In this document: positions 30,263 through 35,615 of the stretch, one piece after another
Numbering within the stretch: the first letter of the stretch is position 1
Layout: every line of letters starts with the position of its first letter
Assembly (NCBI GenBank): GCA_011087745.1
Contig: JAALLB010000001.1
Span: forward strand, 1-35,615
Direction of reading: 5' to 3'
Length of the DNA stretch: 35,615 nucleotides
From: Hyphomicrobiales bacterium
GTDB taxonomy: Bacteria > Pseudomonadota > Alphaproteobacteria > Rhizobiales > Rhizobiaceae
Made by a program: the position numbers and the translations under genes
Notes under the pieces: model-generated
What the model saw: the letters and a program-made list of their open reading frames with translations, nothing else
Databases searched by the model: none
Told to the model about the DNA's origin: nothing

Positions 30263-30299
30263 TTCTAATTACGGCTTCTCGCACGCGCTTTAGACTGTA

Positions 30300-30578
30300 T
30301 TATTCTTCTTCACCAAATTTTTCATCAATCAGGTTGGATAATGCCTCGAGCACTTCATCTACCTGGCGACCTGTTGCAGCAATGTGGATTTGGCTTCCCT
30401 TTGATGCAGCTAACATCATCAAACCCATAATTGATGTCCCGCCAACTATATGGCCATCTTTGCTGACCGTAACTTGGGCGTCATATGCATCAGCGCAATT
30501 GACAAATTTTGCTGAGGCACGAGCATGCAGTCCACGCATATTGGTGATCTTTAGTATTTTAAGGGGTGTTTCTGACAC
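30300..30578 (-). CDS. HPr-family phosphocarrier protein (NPr-like)
   Basis: The 92-aa ORF has RGLHARASAKFV around the phospho-His site. It lies downstream of EIIA(Man) and hprK, as in the alphaproteobacterial regulatory PTS. Confidence 0.9.
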   Translation of the reverse strand: MSETPLKILKITNMRGLHARASAKFVNCADAYDAQVTVSKDGHIVGGTSIMGLMMLAASKGSQIHIAATGRQVDEVLEALSNLIDEKFGEEE

Positions 30579-30583
30579 TACTA

Positions 30584-30985
30584 TTAGTTGCCCTGCAATA
30601 CTTTACTCGCAACATGAATGTATTTGCGGCCGGCTTCTTGAGCAAGCTCTGCTGCTTCAAAAATTGTTTTGGATTCGCGTAAACCGGCAAGCTTGATGAG
30701 CATCGGCAGGTTAATTCCGGCGATGACCTCAACTTTATCATTCTGCATCATTGAAATAGCGATGTTGCTGGGAGTCCCGCCAAATAAATCTGTAAGGATG
30801 ATAACTCCAGATCCCGTTTCTACTTGTTCGACCATGTCAGAAATATCTTTGCCTCGAACTTCCATATCATCGTCAGCTGCAATATTGATTGCTTCCATAT
30901 TGTCCTGTGGTCCAACGATATATTCTAACGCGAGTTTAAATTCTTGAGCCAAATTGCCATGGGTGACAATCACGATACCGATCAT
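30584..30985 (-). CDS. PTS EIIA component, mannose family (ManX/PtsM-like)
   Basis: The 133-aa ORF has the N-terminus MIGIVIVTHGNLA (phospho-His context) and TDLFGGTPSN. Confidence 0.88.
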   Translation of the reverse strand: MIGIVIVTHGNLAQEFKLALEYIVGPQDNMEAINIAADDDMEVRGKDISDMVEQVETGSGVIILTDLFGGTPSNIAISMMQNDKVEVIAGINLPMLIKLAGLRESKTIFEAAELAQEAGRKYIHVASKVLQGN

Positions 30986-31034
30986 TTATTAACTCCGTAG
31001 GCTAGCTAATTTCTTTGCCCAATGTTGAGCTTTT

Positions 31035-31490
31035 TCACGTAACATGCAAGCCAGCATTTTGAATAAGCCACGCAAAAACAATTCGCACTGCTTGGTTTTC
31101 ATGACGAATTGGAACTTCAACGAGCGGAAGATGCAGTCCTTCAACCTCAGAAAGTTTTTGCCCAGGCATTCTTTCAATGTTCTCATCCTTGACGAGTTCC
31201 ACGACGAGATTGATTGTGGTTCTGTCTTTATTTGGAAGAGTAATGATACCGTGGCCGCGAATTTCTACTGAGCCAGCAATTGTTGGTGGAGTTTCAGCTA
31301 CCAACTCGCTTGCTGATGTTTTCAGATAAACCCTATCATCTGCAATTAAAAAAGCTTCTTTGTTTTCCTGTTGTGCTCGCTCCAGGAGACCCATCAGCAA
31401 GGATGTCTTGCCGCTTCCAGATAATCCTCTTATCAGAATTCCAATTCGGTCTATTTCCAGTGCACATGCGTGGTGAGTTTTGCCCGCCAT
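31035..31490 (-). CDS. hprK: HPr kinase/phosphorylase, short alphaproteobacterial form (C-terminal catalytic domain only)
   Basis: The 151-aa ORF has the P-loop GLSGSGKTSL and then IADDRV...EIRG.G. Confidence 0.88.
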   Translation of the reverse strand: MAGKTHHACALEIDRIGILIRGLSGSGKTSLLMGLLERAQQENKEAFLIADDRVYLKTSASELVAETPPTIAGSVEIRGHGIITLPNKDRTTINLVVELVKDENIERMPGQKLSEVEGLHLPLVEVPIRHENQAVRIVFAWLIQNAGLHVT

Positions 31491-31505
31491 CTAGAGCCTT
31501 ACACT

Positions 31506-33449
31506 TTACTTTTGTTCACGAGGTTTAATTTTCCTCGTCGCATCAGCTGGCAACATAACAATAAATCTTGCGCCGCTATTTCCATCGCGCCTGTTTTCTG
31601 CGCGAATTTTGCCACCATGAGCTTCAACAATAAGACGGCTGATTGATAAGCCAAGACCGGAATTTTGGCCAAAGCCATCAGTTTCGACTCTATCAGTATA
31701 AAAGCGTTCAAAGACACGGTCGAGGTTTTCTGCCTGAATTCCTGGCCCATTATCCTCGATTATCATAATGATCGTATTTTTGTTGCGTGCTAGCCCAATC
31801 GATACTTTACCGCCAATTTCAGGAACAAAGGATACGGCATTATCAATTAGATTGTTAATGACTTGCCCCAGGCTAATATCATGTCCAGCAACCAAAAAAG
31901 CTCCATCTGGAGATTTGGCTTTATGAATAGTAAGAACAATTTCAGCCTGTTTCCTGCGCCGTATTTCCCGGCTGGCAGATACAATGTTTTCCAGGAGCTC
32001 TCTTAAATTAACTTGTCGAGCATCATCTCTCGCCAAATCCGCATCTAACCTGGACGCATCTGAAATATCGGTAATCAGGCGATCCAAACGCCGAACATCA
32101 TGTTGAATAACGTCCATAAGTCTTTTTTTGGATTCTTCAGTTTTGGCAAGGGGTAGAGTCTCAACAGCACTTCTGAGTGAAGTGAGTGGGTTTTTGAGTT
32201 CATGGCTCACATCAGCAGCAAAACTCTCAATTGCCTCTATCCGTTGATAGAGCGAATTTGTCATTTCGCTGATGGAAGTGGACAAATTGCCAACTTCATC
32301 TTGACGATGGGAGAAGTCCGGAATTTCAACACGAGATTTGACGCCGCGCTTAACCCGGATTGCCGCCTCGGAAAGTTTTCGCAGCGGCGTTGCAACCGTG
32401 CTAGCAAGCAGCGCCGAAAGAACCAGGATTACAATTGAAGCAACCAAAAATATTCGTAAAATTGCAACCCGCTCTTCGCGAACAATCCTGTCGATGTCAT
32501 CACCTTCCGTTGAAAGAAGTAAAACACCAAGTACTGCCCTAAATCGTTGAACAGGAATTGCAACTGAAACAGTTAGTTTGCTCGCCTCTGTTTGGCGTAC
32601 GATGTGCCGTGGTGCACCCGTAAGAGCAGATTGCACTTCCTCATACTGTTTTCCTGAGCCATCGAGCTCTTTGTAAATTGGATTGCTGTGACTTTGAAGA
32701 AGCTTGTTTAAAGTATCGCCAATGGTTTCAACCCAACCAATTCTTCTTTCCGCGCCACTAACTGGCGGAAGGTTAAATTGTTTGATCTGGCCTCCTGCAT
32801 ACAAATAACGAGAGTCCAGTATTATTGCTCCATCAGAATCGTAGATACGCGCTCTGGTTTGGGTTGGTTTTATCAATTGCCGTAGAACTGGTGCGACTTG
32901 TTCTGGGTTAATAGGATAGGCAAAATTGTCCAATGGCTCCAAACGTGGCTGAAGGCTTTCACCGGCTTTCAATTGCCATAACTTATCCGGGTCAATTGTA
33001 ATTGCATCAGGGGTCGCAGTAGCCGAACTTGCAATAGCGCTTGCGATAATTCGGCCCTGTGTCAGGAGACTTTCTGTCTTTGCATCAATCAACCCTTCGC
33101 GAAATTGGTTCATATATAGGATAGCGCTTAGAAAAATTGTCAGTGCGGTCAGATTTAAAAATAAAATGCGGCGCGTTAGCGATGAAAACAGGTTTTGTTT
33201 TACAACCTTGAAACTGCGGGAAAGTAAACCCTTGCGCTTGGGGGCCTCATCCTCGTCTCCATAGGTATAACTTGGAGGCGGGGCGTCACTTTCAGGCGGC
33301 CTCTCATCAGGTGCTTCAGAATTATTCTGTTTAACTAATCTCAGGTTGTTTTGAGTCGCATCAGCTTTCGGCAAAGAAGCAGCGTCAGGTGCAGAAGGTG
33401 TTCCTGCCTCATTGGCTGCTTTTTTGTTGATCTCAAGCTCGATGCTCAA
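31506..33449 (-). CDS. chvG: Sensor histidine kinase ChvG/ExoS/BvrS family
   Basis: The 647-aa ORF has two TM segments flanking a periplasmic domain, an H-box (SHELKNPLTSLRSA), an N-box (NLIDNAVSF), and G-boxes (DNGPGI and GLGLSI). It lies directly downstream of chvI. Confidence 0.9.
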   Translation of the reverse strand: MSIELEINKKAANEAGTPSAPDAASLPKADATQNNLRLVKQNNSEAPDERPPESDAPPPSYTYGDEDEAPKRKGLLSRSFKVVKQNLFSSLTRRILFLNLTALTIFLSAILYMNQFREGLIDAKTESLLTQGRIIASAIASSATATPDAITIDPDKLWQLKAGESLQPRLEPLDNFAYPINPEQVAPVLRQLIKPTQTRARIYDSDGAIILDSRYLYAGGQIKQFNLPPVSGAERRIGWVETIGDTLNKLLQSHSNPIYKELDGSGKQYEEVQSALTGAPRHIVRQTEASKLTVSVAIPVQRFRAVLGVLLLSTEGDDIDRIVREERVAILRIFLVASIVILVLSALLASTVATPLRKLSEAAIRVKRGVKSRVEIPDFSHRQDEVGNLSTSISEMTNSLYQRIEAIESFAADVSHELKNPLTSLRSAVETLPLAKTEESKKRLMDVIQHDVRRLDRLITDISDASRLDADLARDDARQVNLRELLENIVSASREIRRRKQAEIVLTIHKAKSPDGAFLVAGHDISLGQVINNLIDNAVSFVPEIGGKVSIGLARNKNTIIMIIEDNGPGIQAENLDRVFERFYTDRVETDGFGQNSGLGLSISRLIVEAHGGKIRAENRRDGNSGARFIVMLPADATRKIKPREQK

Positions 33450-33454
33450 ATATT

Positions 33455-34159
33455 TTACCCTTCACGAAATCTGTACCCAACACCATAAAGTGTTTCAATC
33501 ATATCAAAGTCGTCATCTTCAACCTTGAACTTCTTGCGAAGCCGTTTGATATGGCTATCAATGGTACGATCATCTACATATACCTGATCATCATAAGCTG
33601 CGTCCATTAATGAATCGCGGCTTTTTACAACGCCAGGCCGTTGAGCAAGCGCGTAAAGAATTAAAAACTCGGTTACAGTCAAAGTGACAGGCTTGCCATT
33701 CCATGTGCAGGTATGACGTTCCTGATCCATTACCAAAAGGCCACGTTCCAAAGTTTTGGCAGAAGCCTCTCCAGTCTTTGCTCCGCTTTCAGGAAGCGCT
33801 GAAACGCGCCTAAGAACGGCCTTTACACGCTCTACAAGCAAGCGTTGCGAAAAGGGTTTCTTGATGAAATCATCCGCACCCATCTTCAGGCCAAATAATT
33901 CGTCAATTTCTTCATCTTTTGAAGTCAGAAAAATTACCGGAAGATCAGAAGTTTGGCGAAGCCGGCGTAATAGTTCCATCCCATCCATACGCGGCATCTT
34001 GATATCAAAAATAGCAAGATCCGGGCGCTTCATGTTAAGACCGTCCAATGCTGAGCTACCATCTGTGTAGGTCTCAACTTTATAGCCTTCAGATTCAAGC
34101 GCAATTGATACTGATGTCAGAATATTACGATCATCGTCGACTAAAGCAATTGTTGGCAT
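33455..34159 (-). CDS. chvI: OmpR-family response regulator ChvI/BvrR
   Basis: [31 protein letters not shown]...[18 protein letters not shown]...[25 protein letters not shown] is very close to rhizobial ChvI as I recall it. It ends with the winged-helix motif GVGYRF. Confidence 0.93.
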   Translation of the reverse strand: MPTIALVDDDRNILTSVSIALESEGYKVETYTDGSSALDGLNMKRPDLAIFDIKMPRMDGMELLRRLRQTSDLPVIFLTSKDEEIDELFGLKMGADDFIKKPFSQRLLVERVKAVLRRVSALPESGAKTGEASAKTLERGLLVMDQERHTCTWNGKPVTLTVTEFLILYALAQRPGVVKSRDSLMDAAYDDQVYVDDRTIDSHIKRLRKKFKVEDDDFDMIETLYGVGYRFREG

Positions 34160-34397
34160 TTTAAAGGCACTCCCAAAGTATAAAATTTAACTATCAAATA
34201 AGGCAAACCTGCATTGGCGCTATAAAATTGGGCAAATTGTGGCAAGCCATTGTACCTAATCGACTGTGTTTTATACAAAATGGCTATAAACACATGGATG
34301 TGCAAGGGCAGCCAAGGGTTTTGTGCCTTATTAACTTCATTAAAGTCGTCCCCAAATTAGACGAAGTAATGAGTAGAAATTTTCCTGTTAAAGCTGT

Positions 34398-35561
34398 ATG
34401 ACACGCCAACCCCATTTATATATGAGCGAATTTACCGAAAAGGGCTTAAAAGTGACTAATTTAACTGTTGATGCAATTTCAGCAAACCTAAATGAACTTG
34501 GCATTAAAAGCCTGGGAACTGTTTTAGCAAATCAACAAGCGTCTGAGCTTTATGAACTCTCATTGGCCCGTTCAGAGTCTAGACTGACAAACATGGGCGC
34601 CCTTTGCGTGGAAACTGGCTCACATACGGGGCGCTCGGCCCAGGATAAATTCGTGGTTGAAGATGATGTCACCGCAGATACGGTTTGGTGGGATAACAAC
34701 AAATCGATGTCGCCAGAACATTTTGCGACGTTAAAGGCTGATATGATGGCTCATGCCGAAGGTAGAGAGCTCTTTGTGCAAGATTTGCACGGTGGCGCAG
34801 ACCCGGTTTCCAAAATCAAGGTTCGCGTTGTCATGATGAAGGCATGGCAGCTCTTTTCATCAGGAACATGCTTATTCGCCCAAAGACAGCCGAACTTGAG
34901 GGTTTTAGCCCGGAATTCACAATTGTAGATTTGCCGGATTTTAAAGCAGACCCGGAACGTCATGGTTGCCGCTCTGAAACTGTCATTGCTTGTGACTTTA
35001 AAAACAAACTGGTTCTCATTGGCGGCACTTCTTACGCCGGTGAGATAAAAAATCTGTTTTCTCATACTTAAACTTCAAGCTGCCGGAATCCGGCGTCATG
35101 CCGATGCATTGCTCTGCAAACCACAATGACGAGTGTGAAAGCGCTGTATTTTTGGCCTTTCAGGAACTGGCAAGACCACTCTTTCAGCAGACCAGTCACG
35201 TACACTTATTGGAGATGATGAGCACGGCTGGAATGCGGATGGTATTTTTAACTTTGAGGGAGGCTGTTACGCAAAAACAATTCGCCTTTCAAAGGAGTCG
35301 GAGCCAGAGATCTACTCGACAACTCAGCGTTTTGGGACTGTACTGGAAAATGTAATTCTGGACGAAAATCGCAAACCGGATTTTGACGATGGATCGCTAA
35401 CTGAAAACACGCGCTGCGCCTATCCAATCGATTTCATTCCAAATGCATCACTAACAGGCACCGCTCCACAGCCGAAAAACATTATCATGCTAACCGCTGA
35501 CGCGTTTGGTGTTTTGCCTCCAATTGCAAAATTGATGCCTGCCCAAGCTATGTATCATTTT
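34398..35561 (+). pseudogene. pckA: ATP-dependent phosphoenolpyruvate carboxykinase. It has three 1-nt frameshifts and a 3' truncation by the terminal repeat. The likely native start is the ATG at 34422.
   Basis: Homology jumps frame three times:
- Near 34848, A-W-(H/Q)[11 protein letters not shown] requires one extra base.
- In the A-run near 35051-35056, [12 protein letters not shown]...[10 protein letters not shown] requires one extra base.
- In the T-run near 35145-35149, [17 protein letters not shown]...LIGDDEHGW requires one extra base.
The sequence then reads cleanly to ...[24 protein letters not shown] and switches to repeat sequence where LSGYTAK is expected. Confidence 0.88.
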
Positions 35562-35615
35562 GGTATTGCCAAGTTACCGAACGTTGAATGAGAAAGTGCG
35601 GTTAAGGGTTTTTTA
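35562..35615. repeat. Terminal inverted repeat, right copy. Candidate end of the same IS/transposon-like repeated element.
   Basis: 35562..35599 is the exact reverse complement of 18..55, and 35600..35615 matches 1..17 imperfectly. pckA homology ends at 35561, and a TGA inside the repeat closes the frame. Confidence 0.8.

Noticed and set aside
30162-30299. An SAH riboswitch upstream of ahcY
   Set aside because: The spacer is AT-rich. I could not find the conserved GC-rich stems or pseudoknot core expected of that class. Only a covariance-model scan can exclude it formally.
34207-34275. Sigma-54 promoter-like TGGC strings in the chvI/pckA spacer (TGGCGCTATAAAATTGG and TGGCAAGCCATTGTA), and similar strings at about 9474 and about 11994
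   Set aside because: None has the GG-N10-GC spacing with a TTGC -12 element. Two of them lie inside coding sequence.
34280-34360. A 26-codon plus-strand ORF (MAINTWMCKGSQGFCALLTSLKSSPN) in the pckA leader region
   Set aside because: There is no Shine-Dalgarno sequence upstream and nothing to suggest a leader peptide. It is most likely chance.
1-35615. CRISPR arrays, tRNA, rRNA or tmRNA genes, prophage or defence-island content
   Set aside because: There are no spaced direct repeats and no intergenic gap over about 260 bp. I saw no tRNA-like T-arm motifs in the gaps. Every substantial ORF is assigned to a housekeeping family.

Overview
The window is a syntenic block of alphaproteobacterial core genes; the gene order resembles Rhizobiales/Hyphomicrobiales, and base composition looks AT-leaning by eye (not computed). 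It is almost fully coding. In coordinate order it contains:
- a degraded glcB
- hsp20 and a DUF1150 gene
- hpf, rpoN, lptB, two tandem lptA paralogs and lptC
- an RNase D-like exonuclease, uppP, a GST and queG (carrying an in-frame TAG)
- an SDR/epimerase, then trpF-trpB-trpA-accD-folC
- trxA, addA and addB
- murU and a tsaE::amgK fusion
- a PAS histidine kinase and ahcY
- the NPr, EIIA(Man), short hprK, chvG, chvI module, with pckA (degraded) divergent from it

I found no CRISPR array, tRNA or rRNA gene, defence island, or unexplained gap longer than about 260 bp. I therefore cannot support a cryptic multi-gene novel system here.

The most unusual signal is at the two window edges. The outermost ~55 nt at each end form an inverted repeat: 38-41 nt are perfect at the junctions, and the match continues imperfectly toward the edges. 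This repeat replaces the expected continuation of glcB on the left and pckA on the right. The same two genes carry four single-base frameshifts between them, while every large ORF in the interior is intact. I read this as two ends of a repeated mobile element (IS-like) that disrupted two functionally linked carbon-metabolism genes, with the contig breaking inside the repeat. Synthetic adapter sequence or poor consensus quality at contig ends are alternatives I cannot exclude without a search.

Secondary observations:
- the in-frame TAG in queG
- the tandem lptA duplication
- the absence of ptsN after hpf
- the TsaE-AmgK fusion next to MurU
- a perfect 10+2+10 palindrome upstream of ahcY
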